Assembly: GCA_965219085.1 (NCBI GenBank) | Contig: OZ244720.1 | Location: 1,280,001-1,344,000 of the forward strand | DNA length: 64,000 nucleotides | Reading direction: 5' to 3' | Source of the DNA: Dehalococcoidia bacterium | GTDB taxonomy: Bacteria > Chloroflexota > Dehalococcoidia > UBA2979 | Notes under the pieces: generated by a model | Told to the model about the DNA's origin: nothing | Seen by the model: the letters and a program-made list of their open reading frames with translations, nothing else | The model's database searches: none | In this document: positions 39,287 through 49,312 of the stretch, piece after piece | Numbering within the stretch: the first letter of the stretch is position 1 | How the letters are laid out: each line of letters begins with the position of its first letter | Made by a program: the position numbers and the translations under genes

Positions 39287-39517
39287 ATGGCAACCTTCGA
39301 CGCACACCGCAACTTGACGAGCGCCCTGGGCGACGAGGGGGCCGAAGCAGTCGCGCAGTACCAGGAAGAGTCGATGCGCGAGTTAGCCACTCGCGCCGAC
39401 CTCGCGGAACTGCGGGCCGACCTGTACCGAGCACTCTGGATTCAGGGCGGCGCGATAGTCATGATCAATGGCGCGATCGTCGGCTCCGCACTCGCCTTGG
39501 CGGCAGCGCTCGGCTAG
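39287..39517 (+). CDS. Small DUF1640/CCDC90-like coiled-coil membrane protein
   Basis: FDAH, LATRADLAELRADL, C-terminal TM. Confidence 0.65.
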   Translation: MATFDAHRNLTSALGDEGAEAVAQYQEESMRELATRADLAELRADLYRALWIQGGAIVMINGAIVGSALALAAALG

Positions 39518-39724
39518 ACGTTCCACACCACCTTCACGGCCCCCAACACGCCCGGCAGCCTCGTGGCGAGTCCGCCCGCCGTCGGCTCGAACGCCGGTAC
39601 GCGCCGGGCACAAACGAGGGCCGCGCCCTCGACGGCTCCGGGGAGCCATCGAAGCGCGCGGCCCTGTTGCGCTTCGCGTGGTGCGCCCGCGGGGTATCCC
39701 CCGCGTCTCGGCGCGCTGATGCGG

Positions 39725-40948
39725 CTAGCCGCGAGGCAGCCCCAGCCCGCGCGTGGCGATGATGTTGCGCTGAATCTCAGAACTGCCACCGGCGATCGTG
39801 CTCGGGATCAGGTGGAAGTAGTTCTGGATGAAGCGCGCGCCGTACGGCGTGAGCTCCGCTTCCGGGTCCCAGAGGTTCGAGTACAGCCCGAACATCTTGA
39901 TCCCCGTGCGCGCGATGCGCTGGCCCAGCTCCGAGGCGAACATCTTCGACGTCGACGCCTCGTAGTTGGGAATCACGCCCGCGGCCTGCATCGAGATGAT
40001 GCGGAACGCGAAGTTGAACCCCACCTCGGTCTCGACGTAGCGGTCGGCGAGCTCGGCCCGCACCGACGGCAGCATGCGGGACTTCGCGGAGCCCTCGTCG
40101 GTGTGCGCGTACTCGATCACGTCGTCGAGCTCGCGCCGCGAGGCGACCGCGCCGCTGATGTTCGAGCGCTCGTAGTCGAGCAGCGTCATGCCGACGTACC
40201 AGCCGCGGTCGATCTCGCCGACGACCTGGCTGACCGGCACGCGCACGTCCTCGTAGAACGTCTCGTTGGAGAAGTGCTGCCACGCGCCGCTGACGAGCGG
40301 GCGCACCTCGATGCCGGGCGTCTTCATGTCCATCAGCATGAAGCTGATGCCGCGGTGCTTCGGCGCGTCCGGGTTGGTGCGGACGAGCGCGAAGATCCAG
40401 TCGGCGCGGTGCGCGTTCGACGTCCAGATCTTCTGGCCGTTGATCACGAACTCGTCGCCGTCGCGGACGGCGCGCGTCTGCAGCGAGGCGAGGTCCGACC
40501 CGGCGCTCGGCTCGGAGTAGCCCTGCGCCCAGGCGATCTCGTTGGCCAGCGTGGCCGAGAGGAACTTGGCCTTCTGCTCGTCGGTGCCGTGCGCGATGAG
40601 CGTCGGCCCCAGCATCGAGACGCCCTGACCGCCGACGTCAGGCGCCAGCGCGCGGGCCATCTCCTGCTTGAGGATGAACTGCTCCATCGGCGTCATGCTG
40701 GCGCCGCCGTACTCGCTCGGCCAGTGCGGAGCGACCCAGTTGCGGGACGCTACAGCCTGCTCCCACTCGGCGGCCGCGGCCTTCGCCGCGGGCGAACCGA
40801 GGACGCGGTCGTGCTGCCAGCCACCTTCGTGGCCGAGCTCGCCACCCTTGTCGGCGATGTTCTTGTAATACTCCGGCAGGTTGTTCTCAATGAAGTCGTG
40901 AACTTCCTGTCGGAACGTTGCCTGTTCGGCACTGTCGGCCCAGTCCAT
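39725..40948 (-). CDS. Acyl-CoA dehydrogenase family protein
   Basis: QGYSEP.AGSDLASL, INGQKIWTS, TIAGGSSEIQRNIIA. Confidence 0.95.
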   Translation of the reverse strand: MDWADSAEQATFRQEVHDFIENNLPEYYKNIADKGGELGHEGGWQHDRVLGSPAAKAAAAEWEQAVASRNWVAPHWPSEYGGASMTPMEQFILKQEMARALAPDVGGQGVSMLGPTLIAHGTDEQKAKFLSATLANEIAWAQGYSEPSAGSDLASLQTRAVRDGDEFVINGQKIWTSNAHRADWIFALVRTNPDAPKHRGISFMLMDMKTPGIEVRPLVSGAWQHFSNETFYEDVRVPVSQVVGEIDRGWYVGMTLLDYERSNISGAVASRRELDDVIEYAHTDEGSAKSRMLPSVRAELADRYVETEVGFNFAFRIISMQAAGVIPNYEASTSKMFASELGQRIARTGIKMFGLYSNLWDPEAELTPYGARFIQNYFHLIPSTIAGGSSEIQRNIIATRGLGLPRG

Positions 40949-41145
40949 CCGTACCTCCTCGATCCGCCCACACGGGCGCGCTCATCGTGGGCGTTCCGAC
41001 GCCTCGCGTCAACGCCACGCATTCACCATGCGTCACCGAACCGGGCGCATACGAACGCCCCGGCCCGGAACGTGCCCATTCTAGCGATTCCGAGTGCCCT
41101 GTGTGCTACCTGCTCCGGGTTGAGCGGCCCGGGCGCACCGCGCTC

Positions 41146-41676
41146 CTAGCGACCCTGCGCCGCCAGCGCCGCCTCGACCTGGTCGAGGTGTCCATCGAGG
41201 TGCCCCGCCGCGCCACGCACGTGCTGGACGATCGAGCGGCGGCCCATCCCCGGGTGCAGCCCCGCGCGGCCCCACGAGGAGTCCGGGAGGTACTTCAGCA
41301 GCTCCTCGATCGCCTCGACTTCCTCGGTCAGCGAGGTGAGCAACTGCTCCGGCTCCTGCGAGGTCCACGCGTTGCGCTCCGCCTCCGCTTCGTCGTCGAC
41401 GACGGGAAGGACGGGGTCGGTCATCCACGCCATGCGCGTGACCTGGTCACGCAGCGCGCGCAGGTAGGCGATCATGTGGCCCAGCGCCCGCGACGCCGAC
41501 CACTCGCCCTCGGCGGGCTCGGCGTGTACAGCCGCGGCGCCCCTGCCTGCCAGCAGCTCGCGCGCACGCACGCCGAGGCGCGCCACAGCGTCGACATCGT
41601 CGACGTAGCGGCGGACCGCCCCCGTCACGAAGTCGATGCGGTTCTGCACGATGATGCGGTCGGGCTCGTTCGTCAT
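41146..41676 (-). CDS. DinB family protein
   Basis: GEWS...LGH, H..GH..Q His pattern. Confidence 0.8.
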   Translation of the reverse strand: MTNEPDRIIVQNRIDFVTGAVRRYVDDVDAVARLGVRARELLAGRGAAAVHAEPAEGEWSASRALGHMIAYLRALRDQVTRMAWMTDPVLPVVDDEAEAERNAWTSQEPEQLLTSLTEEVEAIEELLKYLPDSSWGRAGLHPGMGRRSIVQHVRGAAGHLDGHLDQVEAALAAQGR

Positions 41677-41721
41677 TGCTCGCCTGCCCTCATGTCGCCC
41701 GGGCGGCCGCGCGCCCCGTTA

Positions 41722-42192
41722 CTACCCATCGACGACCTCGAGCTCGAGCGCGAGTTCGACCGGCGACTGCAACGGCAGCGAGGATACGCCGAGCGCGAGC
41801 CGCGTGCCTACGCCGGCGTCTTCGCCGAAGGCGTCGCGCAGCAGCTCGCTGGCCGCGTTGATCACCTGCGGGTGCTCGCCGAACTCAGGCGTGGCCGCCA
41901 CGTAGCCGGTGAGCCGCACCACGCGCAACCCCTCGAGGCTGCCGCGCAGCGCCTTCACCGCCGCGAGCGCGTTGAGCGTCGCCACCTGCGCGGCCTCGCG
42001 CGCGGTCTCGACGGTCTGCTGCGCGCCGACGGTCCCCGGGTGCACGATCGCGCCGTCGCGCATCGCGACCTGGCCGGAGACGAACACGTAGGGGCCGGAC
42101 TGCAGCGCCGGGCGGTACATGGCGAGGGCGCCTGGCGGATCGGGCAGCGTGAATCCGAGCTCCTCGAGCCGTGCTTCGACACTTCCCATCAC
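41722..42192 (-). CDS. RidA/YjgF family protein
   Basis: VSGQV, INAASELL...FG, R.ALGV.SLP. Confidence 0.92.
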   Translation of the reverse strand: MMGSVEARLEELGFTLPDPPGALAMYRPALQSGPYVFVSGQVAMRDGAIVHPGTVGAQQTVETAREAAQVATLNALAAVKALRGSLEGLRVVRLTGYVAATPEFGEHPQVINAASELLRDAFGEDAGVGTRLALGVSSLPLQSPVELALELEVVDG

Positions 42193-42289
42193 CCCGCCTC
42201 ACGTTGCCAGTCGCCGGATTCGCGCGCGCCGAGGCTCGCGCCTGCGCGCCGTCCGGTCAAGGCTCGGCGCCCAGGTCATTCCGGGAGCG

Positions 42290-43180
42290 CTACGAGAGCG
42301 CGTCCTCCGGCAGCAGCCGGTCGAGGACGCTGTTCAGCTCCTCGTCGCCGCCGAAGTGGATCGTCAGCGTGCCGCGGCCGCGCGATCCGCGGCGCAGCGA
42401 GACCTTCGTGCCCAGCTCGCGCCGCAGCGCCTCCACGACCGCCTCGATCTGCGGGTCGGGCGTCGGCGCGCGACGCGGCTTGCGCCCGCCGTCGGCCATG
42501 CGCTGCGCGAGCCGCTCGGTGTCGCGGACCGACAACCCCTCGCGCTGCACGCGCGCGAGCGCGTCGAGTTGGTCGCCGGGGTCGCGCAGCGCGAGCAGCG
42601 CGCGCGCGTGGCCCTCGCTGATCGCGCCGCCGACGAGCGCGGTCTGCGCCTGCTGCGACAGGTCAAGCAGGCGCAGCCGGTTGGTCACCGACGCGCGCGA
42701 GCGGCCGACGCGTTCCGCCACCTGTTGCTGCGTCAGCCCGTAGTCGTCGACGAGCCGCTTGTAGGCGCGCGACTCCTCCAGGGGGTTGAGGTCCTCGCGC
42801 TGCACGTTCTCGATCAGCGCCAGCACCAGCTGCTCGCGCGGCACGCTCTCGCGCACCGTCACCGGGACGGCCTCGAGGCCGGCGGCCTGGGCGGCGCGCA
42901 GGCGACGCTCGCCCGCGATGAGCTGGAAGCGCGGTCCGCCCGGCGAGCCGGGCTCGTCCGGCAGCTGCGTCACGAGCAGCGGCTGGAGCACGCCGTGCTC
43001 GCGCACCGACGCGGTCAGCTCCCCGAGCGCGTCGTCGTCGAACGCCGTGCGGGGCTGCTCCGGGTTCGGCGCGATCGAGTCGATCGGCGCCTCGTACACC
43101 GCCCCGAGCGCGCCCTGCTGCGGCTCGACGGACGTGTCGGGGATCAGCGCGCTGAGGCCTCTGCCGAGCCCTCGCGGCAT
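42290..43180 (-). CDS. parB: Chromosome partitioning protein ParB
   Basis: GLGRGLSALI, NPEQPR, AGERRLRA, ENVQREDLNPLEE; alternative start 43228. Confidence 0.96.
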   Translation of the reverse strand: MPRGLGRGLSALIPDTSVEPQQGALGAVYEAPIDSIAPNPEQPRTAFDDDALGELTASVREHGVLQPLLVTQLPDEPGSPGGPRFQLIAGERRLRAAQAAGLEAVPVTVRESVPREQLVLALIENVQREDLNPLEESRAYKRLVDDYGLTQQQVAERVGRSRASVTNRLRLLDLSQQAQTALVGGAISEGHARALLALRDPGDQLDALARVQREGLSVRDTERLAQRMADGGRKPRRAPTPDPQIEAVVEALRRELGTKVSLRRGSRGRGTLTIHFGGDEELNSVLDRLLPEDALS

Positions 43181-43190
43181 GTCCGAGGAC

Positions 43191-44009
43191 CTACGTGCTG
43201 TCCGTCCCTGTCCGTTGGTATCCACCATGGGATGCCTCCGCGATGGGGAGTGCGAGTTGTTCGAGCAGCTCGTCGGCGAGCTCCTCGTAGGCCACCGCGC
43301 CGCGTGAGCGCGGGTCGTAGCGCTGGATGGGCAACCCGTGGCTGGGCGCCTCGGACAGCCGCACCGAGCGCGGGATGACGCTGCTGAAGGTATTGTCGAA
43401 GTGCTCGCGCACCTCGGCCTCCACCTGGTGTGCGAGGTTCGTGCGTCCATCGAACATGGTGAGCACGATACCGCGCACCATCAGCTCCGGGTTGAGGTTG
43501 CGGCGCACCAGTTCGATGGTCTGCGAGAGGTGCGCGAGGCCCTCGAGGGCGAGGTACTCGGCCTGCACGGGGATCAGCACCTCGTTCGCCGCCGCGAGGG
43601 CGTTGACCGTGAGCAGGCCCAGCGACGGCGGGCAGTCGATCAGCGTCACGTCGTAGCGCTCGGCCACGGGTTCGAGGGTGCGCCGCATCCGGAACTCGCG
43701 CGCCATCACCGAGACCAGCTCGACCTCCGCGCCCGCGAGGTGCAGCGTCGCCGGCGCGAGGTCGAGGCCGGGCGTGCCCGTCGCGACGATCGCCTCGGCG
43801 AGCGACTGCTCGCCCACGAGCGACTCGTAGAGCCCACCCGCCCCACGGCTCGCGCCCTGTCCGAGCCCCGAGGTGGCGTTGGCCTGCGGGTCGGCGTCGA
43901 CGAGCAACACGCGCAGGCCGCGCGCGGCGAGGCCGGCGGCGAGCGAGATGGCGGTCGTCGTCTTGCCGACGCCGCCCTTCTGGTTCACCACCGCAATCGT
44001 CAGGCTCAC
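43191..44009 (-). CDS. parA: Chromosome partitioning ATPase ParA/Soj
   Basis: NQKGGVGKTTT, DADPQANAT, DCPPSLG, RLSEAPSHG. Confidence 0.96.
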   Translation of the reverse strand: MSLTIAVVNQKGGVGKTTTAISLAAGLAARGLRVLLVDADPQANATSGLGQGASRGAGGLYESLVGEQSLAEAIVATGTPGLDLAPATLHLAGAEVELVSVMAREFRMRRTLEPVAERYDVTLIDCPPSLGLLTVNALAAANEVLIPVQAEYLALEGLAHLSQTIELVRRNLNPELMVRGIVLTMFDGRTNLAHQVEAEVREHFDNTFSSVIPRSVRLSEAPSHGLPIQRYDPRSRGAVAYEELADELLEQLALPIAEASHGGYQRTGTDST

Positions 44010-44872
44010 CGCGCCGCCCCCTCTGGTGCAGCGAGCGAACTCGCGATGTCGGGGAGGCGCACCGGCCCGGCGTGCTCGACGGTGGCTGCCGCCACCCGCG
44101 CGGCGAGGGCGCCCGCGCGATCCTCGCTTGCCCCGCACGCGAGCGCGGCCGTGAACGCCGCCGCGAAGGCGTCGCCCGCACCGGTCGTGTCGATGGGGGT
44201 CGCGGGTGAGGCGTCGACGTGCAGCACCTCGTGGCCCGCGCGATACACATCCGCGCCGTCCGCGCCGCGCGTCACCACGACGCGCGCGCACGACGCCACG
44301 AGGTCCTCGACGGCCCCGCGCGGCCACGGCGCGACTTCCTCGCGCGACAGGAACACGGACGTGCGCACGCCGCACGCGGCGAGCAGCGCCGCGGCCGGCT
44401 CAGCGAGGAGCGTCACCGCGCCGTCGCTCGCGCCGTGGCGCTGCAACCCTTGCGCCATAAGGGCGATCCAGGATGCCGGCAGTGCCGCGAACGACTTGAC
44501 GTCGATGTCGTCTGGGAGCAGCGGGGCGAGGATGAGCGCGTCCGCGTCGCGCCATGAGGCCGGGAGGTCTCCCGCGGTCAGCGCCCGGTCCGGCGTCGAC
44601 ACCACGCGCAGCCGACGCTCCGCGCCCTCCACGTCGTGCGCGAAGCGGAGGGCGGTCGTTGTGTGTACGAACTCGTGTTCGTGCACGTCAAAGGCTTCGA
44701 GGCTTGCGCGGGGCGGGGCCGAGACGAGCACGCGGGCACGGATACCGAGCGCTTCGAGCGCGCGCGCCGCGTAGGGCGCCGCCCCGCCGGGGCGGGTCGC
44801 GCTGCCGAAGCGGTCCTCGGTGACCGCTCCCACGACGACGAGCTGCGGCGGTCCGCGGCGTGCTTCGCTCAT
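44006..44872 (-). CDS. PfkB-family carbohydrate kinase
   Basis: PGGA, VTRGADG, DTTGAGDAFAA. Confidence 0.88.
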   Translation of the reverse strand: MSEARRGPPQLVVVGAVTEDRFGSATRPGGAAPYAARALEALGIRARVLVSAPPRASLEAFDVHEHEFVHTTTALRFAHDVEGAERRLRVVSTPDRALTAGDLPASWRDADALILAPLLPDDIDVKSFAALPASWIALMAQGLQRHGASDGAVTLLAEPAAALLAACGVRTSVFLSREEVAPWPRGAVEDLVASCARVVVTRGADGADVYRAGHEVLHVDASPATPIDTTGAGDAFAAAFTAALACGASEDRAGALAARVAAATVEHAGPVRLPDIASSLAAPEGAAR

Positions 44873-44895
44873 ACACGGCGGCCGGCGTGCACGAT

Positions 44896-46215
44896 CTACC
44901 GCTCCCCGGCCGTGTCCTCCTCGGTGTCCTTGTCCCTGGTGTCGTCGTCGGCGGCGTCCTCGTCCCGAACGTCCTCGTCCTCGGCGTCGTCTGCTCCCGG
45001 ATCCTCGTCCGCGGCTTCGTCGTCGCCGGTATCATCGCCGGTGTCCTCGTACTCACCCTCGCTGAGGTAGTCGTCGGCGCCGGGCTCGCCCGGCATCACC
45101 TCGACCTGGCGATCGCTGCCGCGGCCGACGCTTTCGGTGGCCACGCCAGCCTCTTCGCTGAGGGCGAGGTGGATGATGCGGCGCTCGGCGGCGGGCATGG
45201 GTTCCAGGGTGATCACATCGCCGGTCTCGCGCACCTCGTCGGCCACGCGATGCGCCATCTCCACCAGCGAATCCTCGCGGCGGCGGCGGTACCCCTCGAT
45301 GTCCACGCCGAAGACCATGTCCTGGTCGTCGTAGTTGCGGCCCACCATCACGTTCAGCAGGTACTGCAACGAGCCGAGCGTCTCGCCGCGGCGGCCGATC
45401 AGGAGCCCGAGTTCGTCCGAGGCGTCCTCGGTCATGCCGCTGACGTCGAAGATCTGCGTGACGCGGCCCTGGCCGTCGCCCGGCGTCTCCGGCTCGCGCG
45501 CCTCGATCTCGGTGTCCTCGAGGCCGAGCAGCGTCAGCAGGTCACGCAGCGCGCGTCCCGCGAAGTCGACCTCGTCCTCGGCGTCCGACGAGGGTTGCAG
45601 CGGTGGGTCTTCGGGAGCACCGGGCACCGTCGTCGGGACCTCTACGGCCGGGCCACGCGGTTCGCGGCGGTCGCCGCGTCCGCCCATGTCGCGCCCGCGA
45701 CCGCCCGAGTCCCTGCCACGGCCGCCCGCGTTCCCGCCGCGGCCACGCTGCCGGTTCCGGGGCTCTCCACGCGGGGCGGACCGCTCCTCGCGGGCGCCGT
45801 CCTCGGCTCCGCCCTCCTCGCGGGCGCGCTCGCGGCCCTCGCGGAGCTGATCCTCGCGGGTGTTGCCGTCCCCGTCGCGCGCTTCGCCGCCGGAACGGCC
45901 ACCGCCGCCACCGCCGCGGCGACGCCCACGCCGGCGCCGGCGTGGGCGTCCGTCGCGCTCACCATCGCCGCCACCGGGGGCGCCATCGCCGCCGCCACCA
46001 CCACGTCGGGCGGGGGCGCCGGTGGCTACGCCGGAGATCGAGTCGCCATGGGTGGTGACGCGGACGATCGCGTCCTCGCCGCCGATGCCGAAGAGGCCTC
46101 GCTTACCTTCGCGAATCACCTCGACGTCGACGTGGTCGCGGCTGACCCCGAGTCTGGCGAGCGCCCGATCGACGGCGTCGTCGACTGTTCGCCCGCTGAC
46201 CTCTTCGACCGTCAT
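44896..46215 (-). CDS. jag: Jag/EloR (KhpB) RNA-binding protein
   Basis: Jag_N (GRTVDDAV), long R/G linker, KH (LIGRRGETL), R3H (ERRIIH), acidic tail. Confidence 0.93.
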   Translation of the reverse strand: MTVEEVSGRTVDDAVDRALARLGVSRDHVDVEVIREGKRGLFGIGGEDAIVRVTTHGDSISGVATGAPARRGGGGGDGAPGGGDGERDGRPRRRRRGRRRGGGGGGRSGGEARDGDGNTREDQLREGRERAREEGGAEDGAREERSAPRGEPRNRQRGRGGNAGGRGRDSGGRGRDMGGRGDRREPRGPAVEVPTTVPGAPEDPPLQPSSDAEDEVDFAGRALRDLLTLLGLEDTEIEAREPETPGDGQGRVTQIFDVSGMTEDASDELGLLIGRRGETLGSLQYLLNVMVGRNYDDQDMVFGVDIEGYRRRREDSLVEMAHRVADEVRETGDVITLEPMPAAERRIIHLALSEEAGVATESVGRGSDRQVEVMPGEPGADDYLSEGEYEDTGDDTGDDEAADEDPGADDAEDEDVRDEDAADDDTRDKDTEEDTAGER

Positions 46216-47305
46216 CTGTCTCCCCTGTCTCTGCGGTCTCCCCGTTCGCCCCGGCGCTGGCCGCCTCGGGCGCATTGTCATCGTCGTCGGCCGCCTGCGT
46301 CGCGGCGCTTGTCGCGCCGCTGCCCGATGCGGCCAGCGCCGGCAGGCCGACGCGTTCCCGGACCAGGTTCGGGATGAGCGAGCCCCACGTGAAGTCGCCG
46401 GGGCCCACGAACACCCACTGCAGCACCAGGCCAATCAGCGTGCTCGCCGCCCAGTAGAGCCCGAGCCCCGCCGGCACCACCAACGCGAACCACCCGAACA
46501 TCGCGGGCAGCATCCACTGCATCATCTGGTTCATCTGCGCCTGCTGCGACCCCGGCCGCGAGAGCGATCGCGCCGACGAGATGCGCTGCGTCAGCCACAT
46601 CGAGGCAAAGATCACGGCCACGAGTAGCACGTTGCCGTTCGACGAGAGGTCCATGCCGAGGAACCCGGTATCGAACGGCAACGCCGACTGCACCAGCTGG
46701 AAGTCGTAGAGCCGGTCGCTGAGCTTCAGCACGTCCTCGGGGTGCTGGGACAGCGTGGTGCGGATCACGATGTAGAGCCCGATGAACACAGGGAACTGGA
46801 GCAGCTGCGGGCCGAGGCAGCCGAGCGGGTTCACCCCGCCCCGGATCGACTTGCGCGCGCGGTTCGCGGCGCGTGCCGGCGCGTCGGCCAGCTCGACGGA
46901 GTGGACGCGCGAGAGGTGGCGCTCGTACTCCTTGATCAGTTCGTCCTTGTTGGTGTCTTGCGCCTTCCAGTCGCACTCGACGGAGTGGCCGAGCACGGCC
47001 GCCGCGACGCCGCCGCCCTCGCACGTGAGGGTCTTGCGGCGGTAGAGCTTCATCTGCTCCTCGGAGCGCCGCTTCGGGTCCTTGTAGCGCTTCTGGATCG
47101 CCTCCATGTCAGGCTGCAGCTCCTGCAGCCCGCGCGCGGCGCGCAGCGTGCGCAGCGTAAGCGGGAAGGTGACCACGCGCGTGAGGATCGTGAACACGAG
47201 AATGGCGACGCCGTACGACCCGAACGAGAGCACGGTCAGCAGCACCATCAGGTTGATGAGCGGGTTCTCAAGGAACGTCTGCCAGACGGCGCCGATTGGG
47301 AGCAT
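46103..47305 (-). CDS. yidC: Membrane protein insertase YidC with an internal insertion
   Basis: YG.AIL.FT..R..FPL, LQP, GVNPLGCL, PAGLGLYW. Confidence 0.92.
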   Translation of the reverse strand: MLPIGAVWQTFLENPLINLMVLLTVLSFGSYGVAILVFTILTRVVTFPLTLRTLRAARGLQELQPDMEAIQKRYKDPKRRSEEQMKLYRRKTLTCEGGGVAAAVLGHSVECDWKAQDTNKDELIKEYERHLSRVHSVELADAPARAANRARKSIRGGVNPLGCLGPQLLQFPVFIGLYIVIRTTLSQHPEDVLKLSDRLYDFQLVQSALPFDTGFLGMDLSSNGNVLLVAVIFASMWLTQRISSARSLSRPGSQQAQMNQMMQWMLPAMFGWFALVVPAGLGLYWAASTLIGLVLQWVFVGPGDFTWGSLIPNLVRERVGLPALAASGSGATSAATQAADDDDNAPEAASAGANGETAETGETDDGRRGQRANSRRRRRSGARQTRGQPRPRRRRGDSRR

Positions 47306-47311
47306 GGCCGG

Positions 47312-48448
47312 CTAGCTCCCCTCGAAGAGGACGGTCGCCGTCCCGTTGCGGGGATCGACGGAGATCAGGTCGCCGCGGTCAGTGACGTACAGGATGGCTG
47401 ATTCTAGCACCAGCGGATCGCCAAGCAGCTTGCCCTCCGCCAGCGTCTCCTGCCACTGTCGCACGCCAGTTGCCGGGTCGAGCCCGAACAGCACGCCCTC
47501 GCGCAACGCGACGACGAGCACGCCGCCGGCCAGCACGGGCTGCGCGCGTATCTCGCTGTCGAGCTCCCGGAACTGCCACAACTCGTTACCGCTGCGGCTG
47601 TCGAGCGCGTAGACGGAGCCATTCGTCGTGGAGGCGTACAGCGTGTCGCCGTCGAGCAGCGGTCGCGACCAGAACCAGCCGTCTCCGTCGAAGCGCCAAC
47701 GCTCCGCGCCGTCGGCCAGCACGTCGAGTGCGTACATGCGGCGGTCGAGCGCACCGACGTAGAGCGTCTCGCCGTCGAGCAGGAGGTCGCCGGCGACGGC
47801 GCCCTCGAGTGCGAGCGTCCACAGCTCGCCGCCGTTGCGGTCGACGGCGCGCACGTGGCGATCGAGGCCGGCGACGTAGATGGCGGCGCCGCTCACTGCG
47901 GGCCGCGCCCAGAAGCGCTCCCTGCCCGCGGCCAGGCTCGCGCCGGTGGCGCCGGTCTCGGCGTTCAGGGGTATCAGCTCGCCGCCCTCGGTCGGCACGT
48001 AGAGGACGCCGCCGTGCAGGACCGGGGTGCCGACAATCTGGTCGGGCAGCTCGCGCAGCCATGCCACGCGTGGGCCGCCGCCCGTGATGTCGAGCACGAG
48101 GACCTGGCCGGAGAAGGCGGCGAGGTAGATGAAGCTGCCGTCGACGATCGGTGTCGCGTAGAACGCCTCGAAGTCATCGAGGTCGTCGCGGTCGACCCCT
48201 GCGGGGAGCGCGGCGTCCTCGGGGAAGCGCCAGGCAATGCGCGCCGGGCCGCCGCCGAGCTGGATGGCGGTGAACTTGCCGCGCTCTTCCTGCACGAGCA
48301 CGCTCCCCCCGGCCTCAACGGGTGCGGCCCAGCCGTCGGGGCTGCCGAGGTCCGTGGCGCAGCCGACGGCGAGCAGCACGAGCAGCGCGAGCGCACCCGT
48401 GAGCGGTGCGCGGGAGTGCGCGCGCAGGCGATGTTTCACGTGAAACAT
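47312..48448 (-). CDS. PQQ-like (BamB-like) beta-propeller lipoprotein
   Basis: Lipobox AVGC, repeated YALD...G.E.W motifs; start uncertain. Confidence 0.85.
   Translation of the reverse strand: MFHVKHRLRAHSRAPLTGALALLVLLAVGCATDLGSPDGWAAPVEAGGSVLVQEERGKFTAIQLGGGPARIAWRFPEDAALPAGVDRDDLDDFEAFYATPIVDGSFIYLAAFSGQVLVLDITGGGPRVAWLRELPDQIVGTPVLHGGVLYVPTEGGELIPLNAETGATGASLAAGRERFWARPAVSGAAIYVAGLDRHVRAVDRNGGELWTLALEGAVAGDLLLDGETLYVGALDRRMYALDVLADGAERWRFDGDGWFWSRPLLDGDTLYASTTNGSVYALDSRSGNELWQFRELDSEIRAQPVLAGGVLVVALREGVLFGLDPATGVRQWQETLAEGKLLGDPLVLESAILYVTDRGDLISVDPRNGTATVLFEGS
48432..48447. promoter_or_regulatory. parS site
   Basis: Perfect TGTTTCACGTGAAACA palindrome in the parAB-containing operon. 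Confidence 0.95.
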
Positions 48449-48480
48449 CGCGCGGAGGACGACGAGTGATCGCGTGCGGT

Positions 48481-48783
48481 TCAGTGCGCTTTCGACTCTT
48501 CAGGTTCGCCGGCGGGCCCGATCCCCGAGCTCAGAGGTCCCACGACGATGTGTGCCTCGTGATTGCCCCGGTACGGCGGAACCGGGTCGTAGCCCCCCGC
48601 GCGGCCGGGGTGACAACGCCCCAGCCTGCGCGCGGCGAGCCAGACCCCCCGCCACGGGCCGTGGCGATCGATGGCTTCGTATGCGTATTGCGAACATGTG
48701 GGCTGATATCGGCACGCCGGCCCCGTCCGCACGGAGATCGACCGCTGGTAGAAGCGGATCGCCGACTGCATCAGCGCCTTCAC
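48481..48783 (-). CDS. yidD: Membrane protein insertion efficiency factor YidD
   Basis: [25 protein letters not shown]. Confidence 0.96.
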   Translation of the reverse strand: MKALMQSAIRFYQRSISVRTGPACRYQPTCSQYAYEAIDRHGPWRGVWLAARRLGRCHPGRAGGYDPVPPYRGNHEAHIVVGPLSSGIGPAGEPEESKAH

Positions 48784-49154
48784 GCGTTCTCGTCCATCCT
48801 CGCCAGCGCCTCGGCGATGGTCTCGCCGATGGCTGCGCGTAGCTCCTCGAAGCTCGCATGCGCGATGCCCGGGTTGGCCGAGACCAGCACGTCGAAGCCG
48901 CTTCCCGGCGGCAATGCGCGCATCAATTCGCGCAGCCGGCGGCGGACGCGGTTGCGGACAACGGCGCCGCCCACGCGGCGGCTGACGGCGAATCCGTAGC
49001 GGACGCGGCCCAGCCCGTTGCGCCGAACCCGAACAGCGAACAGCCGGTGTCGTCGCGCCCGGCCGCGGCGCGCCACCGCGTCGAAGTCCGCACGACGCCG
49101 CAGCGATTCAATCCGCGGGGTGGGACGAGGAGGCGCGCAGGCGGCCGGAGGCAT
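48780..49154 (-). CDS. rnpA: Ribonuclease P protein component
   Basis: [23 protein letters not shown]. Confidence 0.95.
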   Translation of the reverse strand: MPPAACAPPRPTPRIESLRRRADFDAVARRGRARRHRLFAVRVRRNGLGRVRYGFAVSRRVGGAVVRNRVRRRLRELMRALPPGSGFDVLVSANPGIAHASFEELRAAIGETIAEALARMDENA

Positions 49155-49174
49155 GGCACGGACCGCAGCCGTTG

Positions 49175-49312
49175 CTAAACCGCGAGGCGCGTGCGCCCGC
49201 GTGCGCGACGCCGCCGGATGACCTCGCGGCCACTACGCGACGACATGCGCGCGCGGAAGCCGTGCTTGCGCTTGCGCGGGAGTCGCTTGGGCTGCCAGGT
49301 CCGCTTCGGCAC
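49175..49312 (-). CDS. rpmH: 50S ribosomal protein L34
   Basis: [55 protein letters not shown]; absent from the ORF track. Confidence 0.96.
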   Translation of the reverse strand: MPKRTWQPKRLPRKRKHGFRARMSSRSGREVIRRRRARGRTRLAV

